Part shown: positions 1-8,229 of the stretch, in pieces | Numbering within the stretch: the first letter of the stretch is position 1 | Layout of the letters: each line of letters opens with the position of its first letter | Source: Minisyncoccota bacterium | GTDB taxonomy: Bacteria; Patescibacteriota; Minisyncoccia; UBA6257 | Assembly (NCBI GenBank): GCA_028711005.1 | Contig: JAQTTC010000002.1 | Coordinates: forward strand, 1-52,097 | Reading direction: 5' to 3' | DNA length: 52,097 nucleotides | The notes under the pieces: model-generated | What the model was told of the DNA's origin: nothing | What the model saw: the letters and a program-made list of their open reading frames with translations, nothing else | Databases searched by the model: none | Position numbers and translations under genes: made by a program

Positions 1-2
1 CT

Positions 3-380
3 CCTTATAATGATAAACTTTATTTAGAGCTTAATTATGATAATAAATTAAATAAAAACGTTAAAGTCAGAAAAATAGGTGGTTTTTGTATTGATTTATC
101 CCATTTTAAAGCTAGTATTGCCCATGGTACTAAAGAAGCTGAATATATATTTTTAAGAAAAGAAAAGAATATCTTTTTATGCAATCATCTTAATGGTTAT
201 GATCCTAATAAAAGAAAAGATAAACATATAATAACTAGTTTAAAAGATTTTGATTATCTAACTACTCTTCCTAAATTTGTTTTTGGAAAAATTATTGCTA
301 TTGAGATATACAACTCTATTAAAGAACAATTAGAATTTAAAAAACACTTGGAAGAAATTTTATTAAATTACTTAACTTAA
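3..380 (+). CDS. hypothetical protein, 3' fragment (5' end lies upstream of the window)
   Basis: Frame 3 is open from the window edge to TAA at 378-380 (...KIGGFCIDLSHFKASIAHGTKEAEY...LEEILLNYLT*). It is absent from the supplied track because no start codon lies inside the window. No family recognised. Confidence 0.45.
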   Translation, partial: PYNDKLYLELNYDNKLNKNVKVRKIGGFCIDLSHFKASIAHGTKEAEYIFLRKEKNIFLCNHLNGYDPNKRKDKHIITSLKDFDYLTTLPKFVFGKIIAIEIYNSIKEQLEFKKHLEEILLNYLT

Positions 381-389
381 AATACTAAT

Positions 390-878
390 ATGTCTAAAAA
401 AATCTCATCCATAAAACCATTAAATAAAGATAATTACCTAACAGTAATAAAAAATGCTTGCGGATCTAAAATGTGGGCTAACGCTTATTGCTTAGTAAAT
501 GGCAAGAAAAAAGATGTTCTTCGTGATGGTGATGTTTCCTGTGCTTTTTTTGTTAGCTCTATTTTAAAATTATTTGATGCTATTGAAAGGCTTCATTTTA
601 CTGTACAGGGCACAGAAAAAGATTTAAAAGAATCAGGTTGGAAAAGAACCCCAATTTCAAATAAAATGCCAAAAGGCAGTGTTTTGGTCTGGGAAAAACA
701 ATCATCTTCTAATAAAAAAAATACTGAGGAACATTATCATGTTGGATTTTATCTTGGTGAAGAAAAGGCTATTAGTACCTGGGCTTATAATAATTTCCCA
801 GTAATCCATCATTATTTAAATTGTGGAAAAACAAGAAAAATAATCAGGGCTTATTGGAATCCTAAAATCAAAAATTAA
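390..878 (+). CDS. hypothetical cytoplasmic protein with NlpC/P60-like (papain-fold) Cys...His signature
   Basis: 162-aa ORF. DVSCAFFVSSIL (candidate nucleophile Cys), KGSVLVW and HVGFYLGEEKAIS are ordered as in NlpC/P60-type cysteine peptidases/amidases. No signal peptide or TM segment. Confidence 0.6.
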   Translation: MSKKISSIKPLNKDNYLTVIKNACGSKMWANAYCLVNGKKKDVLRDGDVSCAFFVSSILKLFDAIERLHFTVQGTEKDLKESGWKRTPISNKMPKGSVLVWEKQSSSNKKNTEEHYHVGFYLGEEKAISTWAYNNFPVIHHYLNCGKTRKIIRAYWNPKIKN

Positions 879-1003
879 TGAAAAATTGGGCAAGAAAATT
901 TAATCCTCATAAAACAGCATATCGAACACCAGCTTTATTTAAAATTAGAAAGATAAATAAAATTAAAAAGACTAAAGCTAGAAAAACAAAAAAGGGCAAT
1001 TAA
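878..1003 (+). CDS. putative 41-aa polybasic peptide (MKNWARKFNPHKTAYRTPALFKIRKINKIKKTKARKTKKGN)
   Basis: The ATG overlaps the upstream TAA as TAATG (876-880). The ORF ends at TAA 1001-1003 inside the terminator hairpin. It is below the size cutoff of the supplied track. No homolog recognised; it may be chance in AT-rich DNA. Confidence 0.3.
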   Translation: MKNWARKFNPHKTAYRTPALFKIRKINKIKKTKARKTKKGN

Positions 1004-1018
1004 ACAATTGCCCTTTTT
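991..1018. terminator. bidirectional intrinsic terminator between convergent genes
   Basis: Perfect 11-bp stem aaagggcaatt/aattgcccttt (991-1001 pairs with 1006-1016) with a 4-nt loop. An A-run lies upstream and a T-run downstream, so it can act on both strands. Confidence 0.6.
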
Positions 1019-1317
1019 AAATAATACTCTTTTACTACTTTCTTTTTTTTACCTTTATTTTTTGTCGTTATGAATTTTATATATTTTTTTGTTTTTTTAC
1101 TATTCTGTACACTCTGCATCATATCATGATATGCAATACCAATGACTTTTCTAAATATTTCTGCTTCTTGTTTTCTATTATCATTATGATTTGTTTGATC
1201 TTCTAATGTTTCTTTGATTTTTTGAAGCTTTTCTAGGGTTTCTGGAAATAGGGAAATTCTATAAAAAAATGCTTTACGTTCTGTAGGTTGCGTAAAAATT
1301 TTAGTTAAAATATTCAT
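1000..1317 (-). CDS. small basic hypothetical protein, possible ribbon-helix-helix DNA-binding fold
   Basis: 105-aa ORF with GGAGG (1326-1330, minus) 8 nt before the ATG. The N-terminal ERKAFFYRISLFPETLEKLQKIKE reads as a strand followed by a helix, as in CopG/RHH proteins. The C-terminal tail is Lys-rich. Confidence 0.6.
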   Translation of the reverse strand: MNILTKIFTQPTERKAFFYRISLFPETLEKLQKIKETLEDQTNHNDNRKQEAEIFRKVIGIAYHDMMQSVQNSKKTKKYIKFITTKNKGKKKKVVKEYYLKRAIV

Positions 1318-1342
1318 TATTCATACCTCCTAAAATAAAATT

Positions 1343-1370
1343 TTCAAGATACTTTATATATTGTTATAAT
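1343..1370 (+). promoter_or_regulatory. candidate sigma-70 promoter for the amrS-amrB-amrA operon
   Basis: TTCAAG (1343-1348), a 16-nt spacer, then TGT-TATAAT (extended -10; TATAAT at 1365-1370). This leaves a roughly 60-nt leader containing AAGGA before the ATG at 1437. Confidence 0.4.
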
Positions 1371-1397
1371 AATACCATATTATTGTGGATCAATCAA
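1369..1397 (-). promoter_or_regulatory. candidate sigma-70 promoter for the 1000..1317 gene, overlapping the amrS promoter
   Basis: On the minus strand: TTGATT (1392-1397), a 17-nt spacer, then TGG-TATTAT (TATTAT at 1369-1374). Its -10 overlaps the -10 of the plus-strand promoter by 2 nt. Confidence 0.4.
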
Positions 1398-1436
1398 GGT
1401 ACCATATTTTGAGAGTTTTGGTATAATAAGGATAAT

Positions 1437-2468
1437 ATGAAAAAAGCAACACTCTATGAAAAACTAGGAAATAATAAAGTGCGTTGCTTAGCTTGTGCCC
1501 ATCAATGCTTAATTAATGATGGACAAGTTGGTCTTTGCGGTGTTCGTCAGAACAAAGGAGGAGAACTTTATTTATTAGTTTATGGTAAACCAATTAGTGT
1601 CAATGTAGAACCGATTGAAAAAAAGCCTCTTTTTCATTTTTTGCCTGGTCAGAAAGCTTTTTCTCTAGGAACTATTGGCTGTAATTTTGGCTGTGATTTT
1701 TGTCAAAATTGGGAAATTTCTCAATTACCAAAAACCATAGATAAGATAAAAGAGACTGGCTACGAAATGCAACATGAAAGCTGGCCACCTGAAGCGATAG
1801 TAGAACATTGCCTGGATTCTAATATTCCAATGATTGCCTATACATATAATGAACCTACTATTTGGACCGAGTATGCTTATGATATAATGAAACTAGCTAA
1901 AGAAAAGGGGATTAAGAATGTTTGGGTCTCTAATGGTTTTATGAGTAATAAAACACTTGAATTAATTAGTCCGTATTTAGATGCAATTAATATAGATTTA
2001 AAGAGTTTTTCTGATAATTTTTATCAGAAAATTTGTAAGGCTCACATAGAACCAGTAAAAGAAAATATTAAGAAGATTTGGAAAAAGGGGATCTGGATTG
2101 AAGTTACTTCTTTAATAATTCCAGGAAAAAATGATTCTAATCAAGAATTAAAACAAATAGCTGGATTTTTAAAAAGCATTTCCCCTGATTTACCCTGGCA
2201 TATTTCCGCATTTTATCCAGCTTATAAAATGAAAGATATTCCTCCAACTCCTAAAGAATCCTTAATTAGAGCTTATCAAACCGGTAAAGAAACTGGATTA
2301 AGATACGTTTACACCGGAAATATTCCTGATGCTAATTATGAAAGCACTTATTGCCCCAAATGTAATACCAAATTAATTACCAGACAGGGAACTAAGGTAA
2401 TAAATAATTTACTTATTAATAACAACCAATGTTTTCAATGCAAAGAAAAAATACCAATAATTTATTAA
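1437..2468 (+). CDS. amrS: AmmeMemoRadiSam system radical SAM enzyme
   Basis: CNFGCDFCQNW (CxxxCxxC radical-SAM cluster motif), overall pyruvate-formate-lyase-activase-like layout, and Cys pairs near both termini. Memo and AMMECR1 genes follow immediately. Confidence 0.9.
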   Translation: MKKATLYEKLGNNKVRCLACAHQCLINDGQVGLCGVRQNKGGELYLLVYGKPISVNVEPIEKKPLFHFLPGQKAFSLGTIGCNFGCDFCQNWEISQLPKTIDKIKETGYEMQHESWPPEAIVEHCLDSNIPMIAYTYNEPTIWTEYAYDIMKLAKEKGIKNVWVSNGFMSNKTLELISPYLDAINIDLKSFSDNFYQKICKAHIEPVKENIKKIWKKGIWIEVTSLIIPGKNDSNQELKQIAGFLKSISPDLPWHISAFYPAYKMKDIPPTPKESLIRAYQTGKETGLRYVYTGNIPDANYESTYCPKCNTKLITRQGTKVINNLLINNNQCFQCKEKIPIIY

Positions 2469-3280
2469 TTCGTCCTTCATCTGTTGCAGGGACTTTTTAT
2501 CCTGAGGATCCAGAAGAACTTAAAAAAACAATCCAGGGGCTTTTGAGTAAAGTTACTACCAAAGAAAAACAAAAGAATTTAAGATCTTTAATCCTTCCTC
2601 ATGCTGGATATATATATTCTGGACAAATTGCTGCTTATGGATACAAAACAATTAAGCCCGATACTTTTAATAGAGTTATTCTTTTAGGACCTAGCCATCA
2701 TTTTTCTTTTAAAGGATTAGCAGCTACTCCTGAAAGTTTCTGGAAGACTCCTTTAGGAAAAGTTAAGATAATAGCAAAAGATAAATTTGCAAAAATAAAA
2801 GAGGAAAAGAATATTGTTGAATCGATTGAATTCCATCGACCAGAACATTGCCTAGAAGTTCAATTACCATTTTTACAGATGACTTTGAGTAATTTTGAAT
2901 TATTCCCATTATTAATAGGGGAGATTGATACTAGTATTGCAGCTGATATCTTGATGCCAATTATTAATAAAAAAACTTTATTAATAGTTAGCTCTGATTT
3001 AAGCCATTATATGCCGTACTCTCAAGCAAAAATAGCAGATAAGGCTACTATTGATTCTATTTTAAAAAATGATATTGAACAATTTAATGAATATGGCAAT
3101 GCTTGTGGCAAGAAACCTATAGAAATTTTATTAGAAATTGCTAAAAGAAAAAAATGGAATTCTAAACTTTTATGTGCTATGAATTCCGGGGAAACAGTTG
3201 GCGGTATTTGCTTACCTCAAAAAAACGACCAAGATGAAAACCAAGTAGTAGGATATGCTAGTATTATGTTTTATGAATAG
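2429..3280 (+). CDS. amrB: AmmeMemoRadiSam system protein B (MEMO1 family)
   Basis: AGTFYPEDPEEL, LPHAGYIYSGQIAAYGY, LGPSHH and SSDLSHY blocks are typical of Memo-like proteins. It overlaps the amrS 3' end; the true start may be the ATG at 2438. Confidence 0.9.
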   Translation: MFSMQRKNTNNLLIRPSSVAGTFYPEDPEELKKTIQGLLSKVTTKEKQKNLRSLILPHAGYIYSGQIAAYGYKTIKPDTFNRVILLGPSHHFSFKGLAATPESFWKTPLGKVKIIAKDKFAKIKEEKNIVESIEFHRPEHCLEVQLPFLQMTLSNFELFPLLIGEIDTSIAADILMPIINKKTLLIVSSDLSHYMPYSQAKIADKATIDSILKNDIEQFNEYGNACGKKPIEILLEIAKRKKWNSKLLCAMNSGETVGGICLPQKNDQDENQVVGYASIMFYE

Positions 3281-3833
3281 AGAAGATCAAAAATATCTTT
3301 TACAATTAGCTAGAAGAACTCTTGAAAAACATTTTCAAGATAAAGAAATTCTTCAAATAGAAAGTGATGATTTACCAACTTCTTTAACTGAAATAAAGGG
3401 AGTTTTTGTTTCTCTATTTAAAAACGAAGAACTTAGAGGGTGCATAGGAAACTTAAAAGGTGATCAACCAATATTTCAAGGAGTTATTGAAAATAGTTTA
3501 GCCAGTGCTTTGTTTGATCCTCGATTTGAACCTCTAACAGAAGATGAATTAAATAATGTAAAGATAGAAATCTCTGTTATTGAACCAATGAAAGAAACAC
3601 CTGAATTTCAAAATCCTAAAGATCTCTTAGATTATTTAAATAAAAATCATCCGGGTATTTTAATAAAAAAAGAAGCTTTTCAAGCTACTTTTTTACCTCA
3701 AGTATGGAAAGAATTAACAACTGCTGAAGATTTCCTTTCTCATCTATGTATAAAAGCAGGTTTAGCTAAAGATGAATGGAAGAAAATGGATCTAGATATT
3801 TATGAATACAAAGTGAATAATTTTAAAGAGTAA
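3273..3833 (+). CDS. amrA: AmmeMemoRadiSam system protein A (AMMECR1 domain)
   Basis: LRGCIGNL and DPRF motifs of AMMECR1. I prefer the ATG at 3273 (8-nt overlap with the amrB stop) over the track start at 3255. Confidence 0.88.
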   Translation: MNREDQKYLLQLARRTLEKHFQDKEILQIESDDLPTSLTEIKGVFVSLFKNEELRGCIGNLKGDQPIFQGVIENSLASALFDPRFEPLTEDELNNVKIEISVIEPMKETPEFQNPKDLLDYLNKNHPGILIKKEAFQATFLPQVWKELTTAEDFLSHLCIKAGLAKDEWKKMDLDIYEYKVNNFKE

Positions 3834-4857
3834 CTAAAGCTTTATCTTCCAATATATAAGGATAAATAAGGTTTCTTAAAAAATCAGGGCTTACTCCAGG
3901 ACATTCAGTAGGCTTTTCTTTTATATCTATTTCCTGATGACCTTTAATAAAGTTTTCTGTCCATTCTCGGCCAGCTAAATTAGGTTTACGTAAATAAAAT
4001 TCTTTTTGAGATAAATCAAAATTGTATTCAGTGACTAAGTATTTAATTAAATTAATCAAAGATTTTTGCATTGAAGTATTTAATTCATCATGCCCAGGCC
4101 TAAAATCACCCATTAAAGAGATTGAAATTGTAGCATTATTATGACCATATGAATGGACGCCAACTGCATATTTACCACCTAAATTACCTTCATAAATGCG
4201 TCCAGCTCCATCAATTAAATAATGATAGCCAATATCTTGCCATTTTCTTTGTACAGCCTGCATTAAATAAATTCTACGCAACTCTTCCTTTGACTCTTCA
4301 AAATTAAAGGTAAAATTACCAGCAGTATGATGAATGATAATTTCTTCTATTGGTAAATAATAATAACGAAGACCATTTTCTTTCTCTAATGATTGACGGA
4401 AAAAACTATCAATTAATTGAAAATTTTGTCTGTAATTTAAAGCTAACTCCTTAGAATTCCAATATTCCTGTTTAGAAAAATTATCTTCAGGGTTATATCC
4501 TCCTGGATAACAAAAATTATTTTCACAAAAATCTTTTATAAAATCTAAACTAGCATATTGATTGTCAGCTCCCCATTGTTCTCGACTAATTATTTCCAGA
4601 TTTTCATTTCCTAAAAGTCTTTGCCCAAAACTTTTATAAAAATCAGTTAGATTAATATGCTGAGGAATATCAAGATTTAGATCATCTAAATCAGCATCTA
4701 TGCAAGAAGAATCTTTAATGGTTTCTGATTCAAATTGAATTAAAGAAGAGGTTAATTGATTGCTTGTTTTAAATTCTAAACTAATAGCAATTCCGGTAGC
4801 AGTAATAAAGAAAACAGCTAAAACTATTAAAATGAAAGATTTTTTTGATGAAAACAT
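3823..4857 (-). CDS. N-acetylmuramoyl-L-alanine amidase (Amidase_2/PGRP domain), membrane-anchored
   Basis: N-terminal TM helix (FILIVLAVFFITATGIAI). IIIHHTAG, IGYHYLIDGAGRIYEG and GHNNATISISLMGDF match the zinc amidase_2 fold. Start is coupled to the fmt stop as TAATG. Confidence 0.85.
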   Translation of the reverse strand: MFSSKKSFILIVLAVFFITATGIAISLEFKTSNQLTSSLIQFESETIKDSSCIDADLDDLNLDIPQHINLTDFYKSFGQRLLGNENLEIISREQWGADNQYASLDFIKDFCENNFCYPGGYNPEDNFSKQEYWNSKELALNYRQNFQLIDSFFRQSLEKENGLRYYYLPIEEIIIHHTAGNFTFNFEESKEELRRIYLMQAVQRKWQDIGYHYLIDGAGRIYEGNLGGKYAVGVHSYGHNNATISISLMGDFRPGHDELNTSMQKSLINLIKYLVTEYNFDLSQKEFYLRKPNLAGREWTENFIKGHQEIDIKEKPTECPGVSPDFLRNLIYPYILEDKALVTL

Positions 4858-5813
4858 TATAAACTATTATTTAAAACTTGATTAAGAATCCAACCATTAC
4901 CTCTAAGAAAATTCTCACTAGACATTGTTTGCTTCCCAGCTGGTTTTATTTGTTCAATCACATAAAATCCTTCACCGCATTTAACAGCTAGTTTATCATT
5001 GAAATTAAAAACCGTGCCTGGAATTTTTTCTGAACACTCTCTATTCCCTGGATAACCTTTTATTATCTTTAATATTAATTCATTACCTTGAGAATTAATA
5101 GTCTTAGTAAAAACACCTGGTTGAGGATTTAAAGCTCGTACTTTTCTATCAATTTTAATACATGTTTCATTCCATTGAATCTTTTCGTCTTTAGGTAATA
5201 TTTTCTGACAATAAGTAGCTAGAGAATGATCTTGAGGAATAGGAAATATTTCTTCTCTCAAATATTGTGGAACTGTTTTGATTATTAATTCAGCTCCTAG
5301 CACAGCTAATTCTGTTGATAACTCTTCATAATTTAATTTTTCATTCTGAATTTCGTATTTTGCACTTTGTATTATTGGTCCATGATCAACTTGTTCATCC
5401 ATCAAAATCAATGAAACACCAGTCTCTTTATCCCCATTTAAAATAGCTGATTGAATTGGTGTAGCTCCTCTCCACTGAGGAAGAAGCGAAGGATGAAGAT
5501 TAATAAATCCTTTAGTTGGAATATCTAACAATCTAGAGGGGATAATTTTACCATAAGCAGTTAGAATTACTAATTCTGGCTTTAATTTCTCAAATTCATT
5601 AATAAAAGCTTGATCATCTAATTTTTCAGGGGTAAGTATAGGTATATTATTCTCCTGAGCTAAGAGATGCACAGGAGTAGGGGCAAGAACGTGTTTTCTT
5701 CCTTTTTGCTTAGGAGGATTAGTAACCACTAAAAAAGGCTTCATTTGGGCCTTTAAAAGCTTTTTAAGGGTTATTTCTGCAAATTCTGAAGAACCAAAGA
5801 ATATAAAATGCAT
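4857..5813 (-). CDS. fmt: methionyl-tRNA formyltransferase
   Basis: FFGSSEFA N-terminus and HPSLLPQWRGATPIQSAIL. I chose the ATG at 5813 (MHFIFFGS), 1 nt after the def stop, instead of the track start at 5885, which runs into def. Confidence 0.9.
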   Translation of the reverse strand: MHFIFFGSSEFAEITLKKLLKAQMKPFLVVTNPPKQKGRKHVLAPTPVHLLAQENNIPILTPEKLDDQAFINEFEKLKPELVILTAYGKIIPSRLLDIPTKGFINLHPSLLPQWRGATPIQSAILNGDKETGVSLILMDEQVDHGPIIQSAKYEIQNEKLNYEELSTELAVLGAELIIKTVPQYLREEIFPIPQDHSLATYCQKILPKDEKIQWNETCIKIDRKVRALNPQPGVFTKTINSQGNELILKIIKGYPGNRECSEKIPGTVFNFNDKLAVKCGEGFYVIEQIKPAGKQTMSSENFLRGNGWILNQVLNNSL

Positions 5814-5814
5814 A

Positions 5815-6285
5815 TTATAAAGCTGTTGTTTGTCTTTTATCTTCTCTAATATTAGACGCTTTATCAATAAAAAGAATACCATCAAGATGATCTATTTCAT
5901 GCTGGACCACTCTTGCCAATAAGTCAAAGGCTTTAATTTTAACCTTTTTACCGTCCAAATTAGTTGCCTTAACTGTTACTTTCTCTGGTCTTTCTACTTC
6001 TCCATAAATACCAGGCAGACTTAAGCATCCTTCTTCAAAGGTTGAAGTTTCTGATGATAATTTTACTATTTCAGGATTAATAAGTGAGTACATTTTATCA
6101 TTAACTTCGCAAACAATAACTCTTAAAGGAACTCCTATTTGAATAGCTGCTAGTCCAATTCCATCATTCTCTTTCATTGTTTTCTGCATTTGGCTTATAA
6201 GAGCATGAAGGTCAGCATCCATCTTTTTAACAGGAAGGCTTTTTTGACGTAAAGTTTGATTGTCTTTTCCAATAACTAATTCCAT
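5815..6285 (-). CDS. def: peptide deformylase
   Basis: GLAAIQIG, EGCLSLPG and QHEIDHLDG, the three canonical PDF motifs. Confidence 0.95.
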   Translation of the reverse strand: MELVIGKDNQTLRQKSLPVKKMDADLHALISQMQKTMKENDGIGLAAIQIGVPLRVIVCEVNDKMYSLINPEIVKLSSETSTFEEGCLSLPGIYGEVERPEKVTVKATNLDGKKVKIKAFDLLARVVQHEIDHLDGILFIDKASNIREDKRQTTAL

Positions 6286-6293
6286 ATTTTTTA

Positions 6294-7406
6294 TTATAAC
6301 GTATCTTTGGGGTCTATATCAATCCTCCAGTTGTTTCTAAAAGAAATTGATTTTAGAACTTTGTTTCTTAAATTAAGTTCATTTTTAGTTGGTAAAGGAG
6401 AGAGAAGATTGAGACCTAGCAAAGGATCAATATTTTTTTGAATTTTGCTTTCAAAATATTTATATTTTATTAATATATTCCATTTATACACTCCTTTCTC
6501 TTTAAAAGTAAAAGCAGGGGCTGGACCTAAAATATTAAAGTTTTTTTGTAAGTCCTGAGGTACAATTTTTGAAATTGTTTCATCAAGTTTACTTCTCATA
6601 ATTGTTGCCATTTCATTTCCTTTATTTTCATCTGAATGAGAAAAAGTCAGCTTAATTAATTGAACAAAAGGTGGCCAGAGATAACTTTTGCGCCATTTTA
6701 ATTCTTCTTCAAAAAATTTCTTTTCCTGATGCTTAATCAAATATTGAAATACTTTATTTTCAGGAATTAATGTTTGAATAATTAATTTCTCTTTTGCTAT
6801 TCTTCTTAACCTTAAAAGATAAAAAAAGATTTTTTCTTCACTATTATAATCTGGTAGGAAAAGCAGGGGATCAATAGAAGCAACAATTACTAAATCAGCT
6901 TGTTCTAATTGAGGCCTTAATAATGCTTCAGTACCAATTAAAATTTTTATTTCACCTTTATTAAACTTATCAAAAATTTTTAATTCTTCATTATCAGGCA
7001 TTTCCCCTTCTATCAAATTAAGCTGAGGCAGGGGATTAATAAATTTTTTAATTTCCTCACTAATCCTTTCCATACCTATTCCTAAAGGTTTTAATCTATA
7101 TCCATGACAAGAAGGACAAGTGTTAGGCATTGGTATTTGATAGCCACAATGATGGCAAACTAGCTTAGCTGGCAAATGAAACCCTAGGGGAATATCACAA
7201 TAAGGACACTTTGGTACAAACCCACAATCCTGGCAAATAACACTTGTTGCTAGCCCTCTTCGATTTATAAAAATAGCAGCCTTTTTCCCTTCTTTTAAAG
7301 TATCTTGTAACTCATCAAGAGATTCTGGAGACATTGCTTGAAAAGGTCTCTTTTTCTCCTTTTTCTCTTTTGGATTAATAATTTTGATAACAGGTGATAT
7401 CGGCAT
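6294..7406 (-). CDS. priA: primosomal protein N' (PriA), C-terminal part: helicase lobe 2, Cys-rich zinc region, C-terminal domain
   Basis: FINRRGLATSVICQDCGFVPKCPYCDIPLGFH...CHHCGY...CPSCHG is the four-CxxC PriA zinc module. ILIGTEAL corresponds to the lobe-2 block. It lies in a +1 frame relative to the upstream fragment. Confidence 0.8.
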   Translation of the reverse strand: MPISPVIKIINPKEKKEKKRPFQAMSPESLDELQDTLKEGKKAAIFINRRGLATSVICQDCGFVPKCPYCDIPLGFHLPAKLVCHHCGYQIPMPNTCPSCHGYRLKPLGIGMERISEEIKKFINPLPQLNLIEGEMPDNEELKIFDKFNKGEIKILIGTEALLRPQLEQADLVIVASIDPLLFLPDYNSEEKIFFYLLRLRRIAKEKLIIQTLIPENKVFQYLIKHQEKKFFEEELKWRKSYLWPPFVQLIKLTFSHSDENKGNEMATIMRSKLDETISKIVPQDLQKNFNILGPAPAFTFKEKGVYKWNILIKYKYFESKIQKNIDPLLGLNLLSPLPTKNELNLRNKVLKSISFRNNWRIDIDPKDTL

Positions 7407-8223
7407 TATAGTAAAAAGATAAATAATTAGCTAGGGTAATAGAGTTATAATAAGGCTTTTGATCCCATGACTTATATGAAGAATTATTACCATCAATTGC
7501 AATAATTAAGCCTAAATCTTGCCAAGGCAAAAAAAGAGATGAACGTCTCCCTAAAACAACCAGAGATTCTTTAGAATTAACTTTTTGCCATAAAGCATTA
7601 AACTCTTTAACTTTTAAATCAGTTGAGGCAATTAAAATAGGTTCTTCAATCTCTCTCAATAGACGAGAATAATAATATTCCTGATGTAAAACAGTAGGAA
7701 CTAAAATTAATACTTGTTGTTTTTTTATTAAGCAATTCTTTATTTCTTTTAAAAGTAAATTGAAATCATTAGAAAAGTTAAAACTCTTTTGTTTTGTTTG
7801 AAAGTTTTTTAATTCAATAGGGGCTGAGATTTTAAAATATTCTGGAAAATCACTTAATGATAAATTTTCTGTATATTTTATTAAAGATTTAATTCTTGGA
7901 GGTAAAATAGTTTTTAAAGATAAAGAAATAGGAGAAAAATAATAACGAGAAATAAAATCTGCTAAGATAAAAAACAATGGGGGAACAATGGGTTTTGATG
8001 ATAATATCTTATCTATTGGTTTTAAAGAAAAATGCGCTGTTTTTAAAAAAGCTTTTCTTAAAGAAACATTATCAGATTTTAAAACAACTGCTGTAATTTT
8101 TCTTTTATTTAAAGAAACTTCAACTAAAATTCCTCTTTCAAGCTTGTCTTTAGAGAAATAAGAAAAAATTTGTGGTTGACCAATAGGAATATTGGTTAGA
8201 GGAACAACATCAAGAATAAACAT
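7375..8223 (-). CDS. priA: primosomal protein N' (PriA), N-terminal part: 3'-DNA-binding domain and degenerate helicase lobe 1
   Basis: ILDVVPL...GQPQIFSY...GILVEVSLNKRKITAVV is the PriA N-terminal fold. VLILVPTV, VVLGRRSSLFLP and LGLIIAIDGNNSSYK align to PriA lobe-1 blocks. It ends at TAA 7375-7377, 32 nt inside the next ORF. Confidence 0.8.
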   Translation of the reverse strand: MFILDVVPLTNIPIGQPQIFSYFSKDKLERGILVEVSLNKRKITAVVLKSDNVSLRKAFLKTAHFSLKPIDKILSSKPIVPPLFFILADFISRYYFSPISLSLKTILPPRIKSLIKYTENLSLSDFPEYFKISAPIELKNFQTKQKSFNFSNDFNLLLKEIKNCLIKKQQVLILVPTVLHQEYYYSRLLREIEEPILIASTDLKVKEFNALWQKVNSKESLVVLGRRSSLFLPWQDLGLIIAIDGNNSSYKSWDQKPYYNSITLANYLSFYYNADITCYQNY

Positions 8224-8229
8224 GTAGTA

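Noticed and set aside
5814-5885. N-terminal 24-aa extension of fmt in the track (start at 5885)
   Set aside because: The extension overlaps the 3' end of def by 71 nt. The internal ATG at 5813 gives the canonical MHFIFFGS formyltransferase N-terminus 1 nt after the def stop.
7375-7406. Programmed +1 ribosomal frameshift joining the two PriA ORFs
   Set aside because: The overlap (…GCC GAT ATC ACC TGT TAT CAA AAT TAT TAA) has no recognisable shift-prone codon/stop context with an upstream SD-like stimulator, as in prfB. A true split or an indel (biological or assembly) is more likely.
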